Shown: one piece after another, positions 19,003 to 31,571 of the stretch
How the letters are laid out: every line of letters begins with the position of its first letter
Numbering within the stretch: the stretch's first letter is position 1
Assembly: GCF_000020025.1 (NCBI RefSeq)
Contig: NC_010628.1
Coordinates: forward strand, 3,390,001 to 3,422,000
Source: Nostoc punctiforme PCC 73102
GTDB taxonomy: Bacteria > Cyanobacteriota > Cyanobacteriia > Cyanobacteriales > Nostocaceae
DNA: 32,000 nucleotides
Direction: 5' to 3'
Program-made: the position numbers and the translations under genes
The notes under the pieces: model-generated
What the model was told of the DNA's origin: nothing
What the model saw: only the letters and a program-made list of their open reading frames with translations
Databases searched by the model: none

Positions 19003-19104
19003 TCCTTCGTCCTTCGTTCTTTGTCTAAAACTAATACTTCGACTTACCTCGGCTCCGCTCGGCACGAGTCGCTCAGTACAAGTGACTAATGACCAATGAC
19101 TAAA
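19003..19104. repeat. Composite short-tandem-repeat block: TCCTTCG heptamers (19003-19023), a 14-bp imperfect tandem CGCTCGGCACGAGT/CGCTCAGTACAAGT (19056-19083), and STRR2-type GACTAAT GACCAAT GACTAAA (19084-19104)
   Basis: Read directly. It fills the petH-hom intergenic spacer immediately 3' of the petH stop. TGACCAA is the complement of STRR2 (TTGGTCA). Confidence 0.7.
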
Positions 19105-20439
<1,335 letters not shown>

Positions 20440-21629
20440 TTACTTAACCGTTTTTCAAAAAAAACTATTCCTATCCCATGCCAGCTTTAGTTTACCGGAT
20501 TTTCGTTTCACAAAACTGGCTCTCAAGGAAAAACGGCATCATTAAATTAATGCCTTGCTAAGTACACTCACCAAAGACATGCAGGCATAGCAAAAAACAC
20601 ACCTGTTCACCTTCTAAGGTAAATGATAAGTCTTATGGAGAATGTTAATAATGAGTCAATTTAATCTTTTTTTTGTTAACTACCACCCGCATCAACGAGA
20701 TAGTTTTTTACTTGACTAGGCAACGAGCAACTCACAATAGCAGATATTGATAGGAGAACTAGTTTGATTGCTGGAAGCTACCGTTCAGTTTACCTCCAAA
20801 ATTTGCCGTTGTGCTTACTTACTTCGAGGACTTAAATCGGAGAATACCAATACCAGAAGATTTTCTTCCCATTGGTTTTGCTTCACCAAATCTACTGCTC
20901 TCTCGAAATATTGTTAGCTATATTTTATGAACTGTTTATGGATAACTACATGACTATTACAACTTCAGCTACAAACATAACAATAGAGAGAACTGTGATT
21001 TTAGCACGTATAACCAGTTTCACTTGATGTGAAAAATCTGTCAACCTCTAGTCAGTACTTTGCCATAACCCAAACGCTTGTATTTGACCATATACATAAA
21101 TTTACAGCCAATAATTTGACTAATGCAAGTTGTTGGCTCATTCGTTGGGTAGATTTTTGCTTTGAATATCTTAATGATTGTCAAGTAGGAATTACAATTT
21201 AAGAAGATTAGGAAATTCGCGGCAATAATAATAAATTATACCTTATAGTCTTGATTGTATAGAGTCAGAAGTAGCAGTCTGATAAAGTTGCAACGCTGAT
21301 GGGCGGTGCTGATCCCCATTTTTAAATTAACAACTAAATCACCTAAAAATGATTCATGAACCACGCTAATTCTTCTTGACAGTAATCTTGTATGGGATAC
21401 CCCCTTCTGTTAAAATCAAATATACCACTAGGATTAAATACTTACCGGCACCAACATTCAGGCTAGTCCGACGAGTAGCAACTTAATTACTTTGTTGCCT
21501 ACCCGCTTGGTGTCTTATAGATGTGCTAGGTAGCAAGAACGCAGGATAAACCAAAGGGGTAAACTCCTGGCTTCAGAATCTGCTGTGTGAAAAAATATTG
21601 ACACAATTTTAGTATTTTAGAGGGGATTT

Positions 21630-22634
21630 ATGACAAGTAAGCCGGAACGTGTGGTACTGATTGGAGTAGCCGGAGACTCTGGGTGCGGGAAATCTACGTT
21701 TTTGCGTCGTTTGATAGATTTGTTTGGTGAAGATTTGATGACAGTCATCTGCTTAGATGATTATCACTCCTTGGATCGCAAACAGCGTAAAGAAACTGGG
21801 ATAACGGCACTAGACCCCAGAGCGAACAATTTTGACCTGATGTATGAGCAAATTAAAACGCTCAAAAGTGGTCAAGCGATTGATAAGCCGATTTACAACC
21901 ACGAAACTGGCTTGATTGACCCGCCAGAGCGAGTAGAGCCGAATCACATTATAGTTGTTGAAGGACTGCATCCTTTATATGATGAGCGGGTGCGATCGCT
22001 AATCGACTTCAGTGTTTATTTTGATATTAGCGATGAAGTCAAAATCGCCTGGAAAATCCAGCGAGATATGGCTGAACGCGGTCATCGCTACGAAGATGTC
22101 TTAGCGCAAATCAATTCCCGCAAACCTGACTTTGAAAAGTTTATCGAACCACAAAGAGAATTTGCCGATGTGGTTCTCCAAGTATTACCCACTAACTTGA
22201 TCAAAAACGACACAGAGCGCCGAGTCCTACGAGTACGTATGCTCCAACGGGAAGGTAAGGAAGGCTTTGATCCAACCTACCTATTTGATGAAGGCTCAAC
22301 AATTAATTGGACTCCCTGTGGACGTAAGCTGACCTGTTCTTATCCTGGTATGCAACTATACTACGGTTCAGATGTTTACTACGGTCGCTATGTCTCAGTA
22401 CTAGAGGTAGATGGTCAATTTGACAACTTGGAAGAAGTAATTTATATCGAAACCCATCTCAGCAATACATCCACCAAATATCAGGGTGAATTGACTCATT
22501 TGTTACTCCAGCACCGTGAGTATCCAGGTTCCAATAATGGTACTGGTTTCTTCCAAGTACTTACAGGTTTAAAAATGCGTGCTGCCTATGAGCGTTTAAC
22601 AGCTACGGAAGCAAAGTTAGCGGTTCAGGTTTAA
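21630..22634 (+). CDS. prk: Phosphoribulokinase
   Basis: VLIGVAGDSGCGKSTFLRRL (P-loop), DDYHSLDR and EGLHPLYD are classic cyanobacterial/plant-type PRK motifs. The protein is 334 aa. Confidence 0.95.
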   Translation: MTSKPERVVLIGVAGDSGCGKSTFLRRLIDLFGEDLMTVICLDDYHSLDRKQRKETGITALDPRANNFDLMYEQIKTLKSGQAIDKPIYNHETGLIDPPERVEPNHIIVVEGLHPLYDERVRSLIDFSVYFDISDEVKIAWKIQRDMAERGHRYEDVLAQINSRKPDFEKFIEPQREFADVVLQVLPTNLIKNDTERRVLRVRMLQREGKEGFDPTYLFDEGSTINWTPCGRKLTCSYPGMQLYYGSDVYYGRYVSVLEVDGQFDNLEEVIYIETHLSNTSTKYQGELTHLLLQHREYPGSNNGTGFFQVLTGLKMRAAYERLTATEAKLAVQV

Positions 22635-22662
22635 AAGCAGCAGTACTTGTGTCAAAGTTTGT

Positions 22663-22692
22663 GGGGACGCTTCCGGGTGTCCCCTTTTTTTG
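22663..22692 (+). terminator. Rho-independent terminator of prk
   Basis: GGGGACGC-TTCCGG-GTGTCCCC stem-loop followed by a T7 run (22685-22691), 29 nt after the prk stop. Confidence 0.75.
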
Positions 22693-22982
22693 TGTTATTA
22701 AATACATTCTGCCCACAAAATAATTACCATAAATTTATTTTTTTTACAGATACTTACCTTATAGTTAGTGGTTTTTATCAATATCAACAAGATACTAACT
22801 ACTGAAGTATAAATATTGTTATGATTTCATAAATTAATGTGAGTTTGATGGCTCCTAGGAAACTAAATTGTTTCTCTCAAGGCATAGCGAATGCCGTTCG
22901 TTGGAAGCTCACGTTAAATTAGGTAGTTGAACTAAATACCACATTTAGTCAGCAAAAAAACTCAAGTCAGGAGGAATTTGCT

Positions 22983-24257
22983 TTGTCTCGTCGATATTTA
23001 TTTACCTCCGAGTCAGTCACCGAAGGTCATCCAGATAAAATCTGCGATCAGATTTCTGATACCATTCTGGATGCCCTACTGACACAAGACCCCAGCAGCC
23101 GTGTCGCTGCTGAAGTAGTAGTTAACACTGGTTTGGTGCTAATCACTGGTGAAATAACCACCAAAGCAAATGTGAATTTCGTCAATCTCGCCCGCAAAAA
23201 AATTGCCGAAATTGGCTATACCAATGCTGATAATGGCTTTTCTGCTAACAGCACCAGCGTTCTGCTGGCTTTAGACGAACAATCACCCGATATTGCCCAA
23301 GGTGTTAACACCGCTCAAGAAACTCGCCAGCAAGATAGTGATGAGCTATTCGACAAAATTGGTGCAGGCGATCAAGGTATAATGTTCGGTTTTGCCAGTA
23401 ACGAAACACCAGAACTGATGCCCTTACCCATCAGTCTCGCCCACCGTATTGCTCGCCGATTGGCAGCAGTTCGTAAAACAGGTGAATTGTCATACCTGCG
23501 TCCTGACGGTAAAACCCAAGTAACTGTGGTCTACGAAGATGGGCGGCCAGTAGGTATTGATACTATTCTAATTTCCACCCAGCATACAGCTACGATTGGG
23601 GAAATTACGGATGAGGCGGCTGTACAAGCCAAAATCAAACAAGACCTCTGGTCAGCAGTAGTCGAACCTGTTTTTGGCGATATTGACGTTAAACCTAACG
23701 ATCAGACGCGTTTTTTAGTCAACCCCACTGGCAAATTTGTCGTTGGTGGTCCTCAAGGAGACTCTGGTCTGACAGGACGGAAAATAATCGTTGATACCTA
23801 CGGTGGTTATTCACGACATGGTGGCGGCGCTTTTTCTGGCAAAGACCCCACGAAGGTAGACCGTTCTGCGGCTTATGCGGCTCGCTATGTGGCGAAAAAC
23901 ATTGTCGCTGCTGGGTTAGCAGAAAAAGTTGAAATCCAGCTATCTTATGCTATTGGTGTAGCGCGACCAACAAGCATTTTGGTAGATACCTTTGGTACTG
24001 GCAAGGTGGATGAAGAAACCTTACTCGAATTAATCAACCAACACTTTGAACTGCGTCCAGCAGGGATTATCCATACCTTCAACTTACGCAACTTACCAAG
24101 TGAACGAGGCGGACGTTTTTATCAGGACGTCGCGGCTTACGGTCATTTTGGGCGGGCTGATTTAGACTTGCCTTGGGAACAGACCGATAAAGCCGAATTG
24201 TTGAAGCAAGCAGCAAACGAGTCACTTTCGGCAGCAATTGCTCAAGCGCTAACTTAG
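22983..24257 (+). CDS. metK: S-adenosylmethionine synthetase
   Basis: Contains [37 protein letters not shown] and [19 protein letters not shown]. It has a TTG start preceded by AGGAGGA. Confidence 0.95.
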   Translation: MSRRYLFTSESVTEGHPDKICDQISDTILDALLTQDPSSRVAAEVVVNTGLVLITGEITTKANVNFVNLARKKIAEIGYTNADNGFSANSTSVLLALDEQSPDIAQGVNTAQETRQQDSDELFDKIGAGDQGIMFGFASNETPELMPLPISLAHRIARRLAAVRKTGELSYLRPDGKTQVTVVYEDGRPVGIDTILISTQHTATIGEITDEAAVQAKIKQDLWSAVVEPVFGDIDVKPNDQTRFLVNPTGKFVVGGPQGDSGLTGRKIIVDTYGGYSRHGGGAFSGKDPTKVDRSAAYAARYVAKNIVAAGLAEKVEIQLSYAIGVARPTSILVDTFGTGKVDEETLLELINQHFELRPAGIIHTFNLRNLPSERGGRFYQDVAAYGHFGRADLDLPWEQTDKAELLKQAANESLSAAIAQALT

Positions 24258-24297
24258 ACTCATACGCGACTACAAAAACTTAGTTTATATATCTGAG

Positions 24298-24341
24298 GGT
24301 ATAAGCAACTTCAAAAGTTGCCTATACCTTTATTTATCTTT
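24298..24341 (+). terminator. Probable Rho-independent terminator of metK
   Basis: 14-bp stem (GGTATAAGCAACTT / AAGTTGCCTATACC, 1 mismatch) with a 3-nt loop, followed by the T-rich tail TTTATTTATCTTT. Confidence 0.6.
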
Positions 24342-24402
24342 CAATTGTCGCACGAAAGGCGGGAGTATCCCAACCGTTTTATTTTCAATGCAGGTTTATT
24401 AG

Positions 24403-24521
24403 ACCTCTTGCAAAAGTGCTTTTAGCAAGAGGTGGGAAAAGGGACTCATGTTAAAGGGGAAGGGAAAATACAAAACCTTTCCCCCTTTCCTCTTCCCCTT
24501 TTCCCGACTTCTGCAAGAAGT
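24403..24521. repeat. Nested inverted-repeat element in the convergent metK / shell-gene spacer
   Basis: Hairpin ACCTCTTGC...GCAAGAGGT lies at 24403-24433. An imperfect 19-bp IR pairs GCAAGAGGTGGGAAAAGGG (24425-24443) with CCCTTTTCCCGACTTCTGC (24496-24514). These enclose purine/pyrimidine-rich arms (AAAGGGGAAGGGAAAA / CTTTCCCCCTTTCCTCTTCCCC). Confidence 0.45.
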
Positions 24522-24765
24522 TTATTGTGTTGCCTTCAAACAAAAATGAGAGAATGAACAAACGAACCACATTCGCGCAGCGTCTCGTTAGAGAAGAACG
24601 CAAAGGTAAGAGTTTTGTAAAGGATTTTTGCGTCAATCAAGTGATTTTTGGAAAAATTGGATGCTCTCCGAAAGCTGAAATTAATTATGTTAAGGTTTTA
24701 AGCCAGCACCTTCGATGCTAATTGGTTTTTGATCATCTCCTTAGTGTCCAGATGCTTGATTCCCC

Positions 24766-26178
24766 TCAGCGACCGATTTCGACATCTTCGAGGATGCCGA
24801 GTGCGTCGGGGACAAGAACGGTTGCGGAGTAGTAGGCGGTGACGAGGTAGGAGATGATAGCCTTTTCGTTGATGCCCATGAATCGGACGGACAAACTAGG
24901 TTGGTATTCGTCCGGGATACCTGTTTGGTGTAGGCCAATCACGCCCTGATCTTTTTCACCAGTGCGGAGTATAAGGATAGAACTGGTCTGGTTTTTGGTA
25001 ATCGGGATCTTGTTACAGGGCAGAATCGGTACATTGCGCCATGTGATTATTTTGCTCCCATCCATGTCGATGGTGTCTGGATAAATGCCTTGACGGTTGC
25101 ACTGGCGACCGAAGGCTGCAATAGTGCGGGGATGAGCTAGGAAGAACCTCGACTTCCGCCGACGAGTGACTAATTCATCCAAGTCATCAGGATTGGGGGG
25201 ACCGCTGCGGGTGTAGATGCGCTGTTTGAGATCGGCGTTGTGTAACAATCCAAATTCGCGGTTGTTGATCAACTCGTATTCTTGACGTTCCCGCAATGCC
25301 TCAATTGTCAGCCGCAATTGTTCTTCCGTCTGGTTGTACGGTTGATTGTACAGATCCGCAACACGAGTATTCACTCGCAACATAGTCTGAGCAATGCTTA
25401 ACTGATATTCGCGGGGTGAAAGTTCGTAGTCAACAAATGTTCCCGGTAATGTCGTCTCAGTGCTATGACTGGTTGACAATGCGATCGCAGCTTCTCCATA
25501 CTTGTTTTGTGGAAGTTCTGCACGAATCCGAAACTGCTCAAGTTGAGCCTGTAAGGCCTGCGACTGGTTGAGCAGTTCCCGAAATGCCTGTTGTGGTAGT
25601 GCTAATACGGTGCATCGGGTCACAGCTTGGACTGTGAACTTCCAATTGCTTTCTGACTCCACCAACACGCGATCGCCAAAATAATCACCGTCAGCTAGCA
25701 TATCCAATAGAGGCTGCTCGTCATACTTGCCAATAGCAATCTTGTTTACCTTGCCATGTGCGATCAAGAAAAGCTGATTGGCTGGCTGACCTGACTGGAC
25801 TATGATATCACCAGGTGCGAACTCCTGCTGAACAAACCGACTTGCCAACGCCCTTAGCACCTCGGTATCGTCAAATCCTCGCAGCAAGGGCAACTCACCA
25901 AGTTCTTGGGGAATCACCTGCACCTCGGCTCCGGTGTTGGAGAAACTCAACCGCCCATCACCCACGGTATAGGTCAACCGACGGTTCAGCCGATAAGTGC
26001 CACCCTTCGTCTGCACCCACGGCAACATCTTCAACAACCACCGTGAGGTAATTTCCTGCGTCTGCGGTGCAGATTTGGTGGTCGTGGACAAATTACGCGC
26101 AGCATCTTTACTCAAACTCAGTTGTTGAGGTTGTCCACTCTCAACATTTAAATTTGATTCAATAAAATCCGTCATCAC
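24766..26178 (-). CDS. Family 2B encapsulin-like shell protein with inserted cNMP-binding-like domain, paralog 2 (conventionally annotated cnb / cyclic nucleotide-binding protein)
   Basis: 470 aa with no HTH. The N-terminal part reads [32 protein letters not shown] cNMP-like beta-barrel spans about aa 97-205. The C-terminal ~260 aa ([46 protein letters not shown]...[14 protein letters not shown]...[51 protein letters not shown]) resembles Family 2 encapsulin (HK97 fold) sequences as I recall them. It is the last gene of the geoA operon. Confidence 0.75.
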   Translation of the reverse strand: MMTDFIESNLNVESGQPQQLSLSKDAARNLSTTTKSAPQTQEITSRWLLKMLPWVQTKGGTYRLNRRLTYTVGDGRLSFSNTGAEVQVIPQELGELPLLRGFDDTEVLRALASRFVQQEFAPGDIIVQSGQPANQLFLIAHGKVNKIAIGKYDEQPLLDMLADGDYFGDRVLVESESNWKFTVQAVTRCTVLALPQQAFRELLNQSQALQAQLEQFRIRAELPQNKYGEAAIALSTSHSTETTLPGTFVDYELSPREYQLSIAQTMLRVNTRVADLYNQPYNQTEEQLRLTIEALRERQEYELINNREFGLLHNADLKQRIYTRSGPPNPDDLDELVTRRRKSRFFLAHPRTIAAFGRQCNRQGIYPDTIDMDGSKIITWRNVPILPCNKIPITKNQTSSILILRTGEKDQGVIGLHQTGIPDEYQPSLSVRFMGINEKAIISYLVTAYYSATVLVPDALGILEDVEIGR

Positions 26179-26269
26179 CTCATCCTCTAGTTACTAATAA
26201 AAGTGCGTCAACTGCCACATATACTTCAATTGCATACAGCCTTTTGCAGGTAAATAGACCACGCAGTAG

Positions 26270-26290
26270 GGGCACAGCATTGCTGTGCCC
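26270..26290. repeat. Intercistronic hairpin GGGCACAGC-ATT-GCTGTGCCC between the two shell paralogs
   Basis: 9-bp perfect stem with a 3-nt loop, read directly. It is a sequence type common as a dispersed repeat in Nostoc genomes. Confidence 0.6.
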
Positions 26291-26409
26291 TTACCAATAT
26301 TTGTGGTTCAATTAACTGAAAATTCCTGTAATGCTTGTAAGCTTTGATTTATCAGCATTAGAGCCAAATTAGTTCCATGTGCCAGTTGCGTAAGTCCTTT
26401 CACGAATAT

Positions 26410-27819
26410 TTAGCGCCCGATCTCAACATCTTCGAGGATGCCAAGTGCGTCAGGAGTGAGGACGGCTGCGGAGTAGTAGGCGGTAACGAGGTAAGAGATG
26501 ATCGCCTTTTCGCTGATGCCCATGAATCGAACAGACAAGCTGGGTTGGTATTCATCGGGGATACCAGTTTGATGTAAGCCGATCACCCCTTGTTTTTCTA
26601 CACCAGTGCGGAGCAAAAGGATAGAACTGGTGCGGTTATTGGTGATGGGGATCTTATTGGAAGGAAAGATAGGTACGCCGCGCCAAGATGTGACCTGAAC
26701 GCCGTTTACATCTACGCTTTGTGGATAGAGACCAAGGCGGTTGGCCTCACGACCGAAAGCAGCGATCGTGCGGGGGTGAGCCAGGAAGAATCCCGGCTCC
26801 TTCCATACCGTCGCTAACAGCTCGTCCAAGTCGTCGGGGGTAGGTGCACCGCTACTGCTATAGATCCGCTGCTTGAGGTCGGCGTTGTGCAGCAACCCGA
26901 ATTCGCGATTGTTGAGCAACTCGTGTTCTTGACGTTCCCGCAATGCCTCGATAGTCAGCCGCAGTTGTTCTTCTGTCTGGTTGTATGGTTCATTGTACAG
27001 ATCGGCTACCCGCGTACTTACTCGCAACACCGTTTGAGCAATGCTCAACTCATATTCTCTGGGTTTGAGTTCGTAATCAGCGAAGGTTCCCGGCAACTCA
27101 GCCTCTTGGGGATGATTAGCCGCCAGCTCAATAGCGGCTTCACCTTGGGGAGTCTGTGGCTGGCTCAGGCGAACGCGGAACTGTTCAACATGAGTTCGCA
27201 AGGCCTCGGACTGATCGATCGCCCTCTCAAACACCTCTTGGGGTAGCGACAAAACTATGGTTCTGGTAATTGCCTTGAGGGTATACTGCCAGGTGTCGTC
27301 GGACTGCACCACAGTTTCATCGCCGAAATGGTCGCCGTCGGCGAGCACATCGAACACGATCTGCTCGCCATACTTGCCAACACCAATTTTGTTTACCTTG
27401 CCACGAGCAATCAGAATGACGCGATCGGCAGGCTGGCCAAGTTCGACGATTACATCATCTGGAGCGTACTCCTGCTGAACAAACTGGTTTGCTAACCCGG
27501 TCAATACGTCAAGGTTGTTAAACCCTCGCAGCAAGGGCAACTCAGTAAGTTCCAGGGGAATCACCTGCACCGCAGCTCCAGTGTTGGTGAAAGTCACCCG
27601 TCCATCACCCACGGAATAACTCAACCGACGGTTGACCCGATAAGCGCCACCTTTTGTTTGCACCCACGGCAATAACTTCAATAACCAGCGCGATGTAATT
27701 TCCTGGGTTTGCGGTGCAGATTTGGCCGTTGTCGCCAAATTACGCGCCGCTGCTGTACTCAAGGTTAAATGGGGCTGCTGATCTTCTACATTCAAATTGG
27801 GGTCGTTAGAATACGTCAC
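26410..27819 (-). CDS. Family 2B encapsulin-like shell protein with inserted cNMP-binding-like domain, paralog 1
   Basis: 469 aa, collinear with the 24766-26178 product and with near-identical C-terminal ~55 aa. It has a GTG start at 27819 preceded by GGAGGA (27827-27832). It lies 96 bp downstream of geoA. Confidence 0.75.
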   Translation of the reverse strand: MTYSNDPNLNVEDQQPHLTLSTAAARNLATTAKSAPQTQEITSRWLLKLLPWVQTKGGAYRVNRRLSYSVGDGRVTFTNTGAAVQVIPLELTELPLLRGFNNLDVLTGLANQFVQQEYAPDDVIVELGQPADRVILIARGKVNKIGVGKYGEQIVFDVLADGDHFGDETVVQSDDTWQYTLKAITRTIVLSLPQEVFERAIDQSEALRTHVEQFRVRLSQPQTPQGEAAIELAANHPQEAELPGTFADYELKPREYELSIAQTVLRVSTRVADLYNEPYNQTEEQLRLTIEALRERQEHELLNNREFGLLHNADLKQRIYSSSGAPTPDDLDELLATVWKEPGFFLAHPRTIAAFGREANRLGLYPQSVDVNGVQVTSWRGVPIFPSNKIPITNNRTSSILLLRTGVEKQGVIGLHQTGIPDEYQPSLSVRFMGISEKAIISYLVTAYYSAAVLTPDALGILEDVEIGR

Positions 27820-27915
27820 AACTTAATCCTCCACTTTTTAGTTACTAAAAAAATCGATCTCACGCGATCGCATACTGACCTTGAAAACTTTAGTCACCGA
27901 CAAAAAAACCTGACT

Positions 27916-30216
<2,301 letters not shown>

Positions 30217-30329
30217 TCATTTCGTGGCTGAGATTGGCAATTGATGAGCATCTTTACCAATCGCGCTACGTCCCCACGTGTAGTTTTTTGGTGGTGGCTC
30301 GTATCAAGGGAATAATTTGAAGAAAAATT

Positions 30330-30541
30330 CAGAATTCAGGAGCAAAGCCAAAGACACTCCACCTTTGGTCAGAATCAATCTGTAGGCGATTCAAACCCGC
30401 GACTGATAGCGTCTCGTAAAGAGCGTATTGAAGACCACCAAATCGTAGACTTGGTGGGAGTGCAAAAACGCCTGTTATTTATTTATTCGCCAGTCGTACA
30501 GAATACCCAACTGAATTCTGACTCCTAACTCCTGAATTCTG
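30330..30541. mobile_element. MITE-like segment bounded by 13-bp perfect terminal inverted repeats (CAGAATTCAGGAG ... CTCCTGAATTCTG) in the geoA upstream region
   Basis: The arms at 30330-30342 and 30529-30541 are exact reverse complements. An extra partial copy CTGAATTCTG lies at 30511-30520. There is no ORF inside. Mobility is not demonstrable from one copy. Confidence 0.3.
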
Positions 30542-30746
30542 TTTCGATAAAATGCTCTTAGTCCAGATAAAGAACTATGTGACTTTTAACTCAAGTTCCC
30601 TATAACTAAAGATAGGAGATTTGAAAAATCTGTTTTAGGTCTTACTCATTTCAGATGATGGCAAATGAATGTTTAGTAATTTATGGTGTTCTCATAATCT
30701 TTCATGGTTATAGAAAAAAAGCAATACGTAGGCTCAAGCATTTAAA

Positions 30747-30863
30747 CAGATAGTTAAACTAAAATTGAACAATTAGAAGACAGTTAAGACAGTTAAGCAG
30801 ATAATTAAACTAAAATTGAACAATTAGAAGACAGTTAAGACAGTTAAGCAGATAATTAAACTA
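30747..30863. repeat. 51-bp tandem repeat, ~2.3 copies (unit CAGATAATTAAACTAAAATTGAACAATTAGAAGACAGTTAAGACAGTTAAG), with an internal 9-bp tandem ACAGTTAAG x2
   Basis: Unit starts at 30747, 30798 and 30849 give an exact 51-bp period. The first two copies differ by one mismatch (TAGTT vs TAATT). It is extremely AT-rich and lies about 570-690 bp upstream of geoA. Confidence 0.9.
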
Positions 30864-31200
30864 TTTAATACTGTTATTAAACAATAATTACTGATTGTAA
30901 AATTTTGTAAATAAAGCAATACGGTTCGGTCCATCCACAAACCGAGTAGATCCTCTAAACCCAAATCTATATAAGTCTTCTCAATGATGATATAGATGAA
31001 AAAATTGTGGTTTCGCTAGATGCTTTTGACGTGATGCCTTTCTATTAAATTTTGCTTTTGTATTAGTACACGAAGCCGCTGCTAGAATCAAAAACCAACA
31101 TTGTAACAAGCATTTTTAACCACAAACCCAGCTATATGGCTCATATTTGATTCTTGAAAAAATTCAGTATAGCTCAAAGAGCCTTCTTGACTTTAGCAAG

Positions 31201-31332
31201 ATTGCCTATTGCCTGTTGCCTGCCTATCGCGCTTGCGCTGCGCTTCTCTACGAGAGGCTTGTCTGCGACACGCTCCGCGAACGCCAACGCGCACCACGCA
31301 AATAATTATGGCTACGCCACGCTGCGCGAACA
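31201..31332. repeat. GC-rich repeat island in AT-rich spacer: ATTGCCT heptamers x3, then GC-rich degenerate repeats (CACGCTCCGCGAAC / CACGCTGCGCGAAC)
   Basis: Read directly. The 69-aa ORF at 31154-31363 is just the translation of this repeat. Confidence 0.4.
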
Positions 31333-31380
31333 AAAATCAAATCGGATTACTATAATACATTAAATTTATTACAGAAGTCA

Positions 31381-31423
31381 GCAAAATAGGAAAGGGGTTT
31401 TTATTACCCCTCTCCTATTTTGC
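31381..31423. repeat. Long hairpin (17-bp stem, 1 mismatch: GCAAAATAGGAAAGGGG / CCCCTCTCCTATTTTGC)
   Basis: Read directly. It lies about 150 bp downstream of the stop of the minus-strand gene at 31572, so it could be that gene's terminator or a dispersed repeat. Confidence 0.55.
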
Positions 31424-31571
31424 AAAAGCTGCAATTGTGTAAAATAACAATTAAGATTTTCGGTTTTTTTTATAAGTTGGGAATCTTAGCCTTTCCAGTT
31501 AGTCTGAAGAAATCCTATTTGAACTAATACTCAACTGATTAGCTATCGCAATTAACTAATCAAGTATCTTT

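Noticed and set aside
24451-24721. ORFs of 61 and 64 aa in the metK / shell-operon spacer
   Set aside because: They overlap each other on opposite strands and translate the inverted-repeat element. They are most likely non-coding.
24741-27478. Small ORFs (65-119 aa) overlapping the two shell genes on either strand
   Set aside because: They are off-frame or antisense shadows of well-supported CDSs, with no motifs or start signals.
24766-27819. Reading the two ~470-aa cNMP-domain proteins as Crp/Fnr-type transcription factors (the conventional 'cnb' interpretation)
   Set aside because: Neither has a recognisable C-terminal helix-turn-helix. The cNMP-like domain is an internal insert flanked by about 95 aa and about 260 aa of sequence that looks like a Family 2 encapsulin. 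At ~470 aa they are twice the size of the genuine Crp regulator at 16489-17172.
30385-30425. tRNA-like T-arm (GGGTTTGAATCGCC on the minus strand)
   Set aside because: The flanking bases do not form the 5-bp T-stem, and no acceptor or anticodon arms can be built. The resemblance is coincidental.
30747-30863. Possible CRISPR array
   Set aside because: The 51-bp units are directly contiguous with no unique spacers, are extremely AT-rich, number only 2.3 copies, and have no cas genes nearby. This is a plain tandem repeat.
31154-31363. 69-aa ORF (MKKFSIAQRAF...ANANAHHANNYGYATL)
   Set aside because: It is a translation of the heptamer and GC-rich repeat island, with a low-complexity Ala/Arg/Asn product and no RBS.
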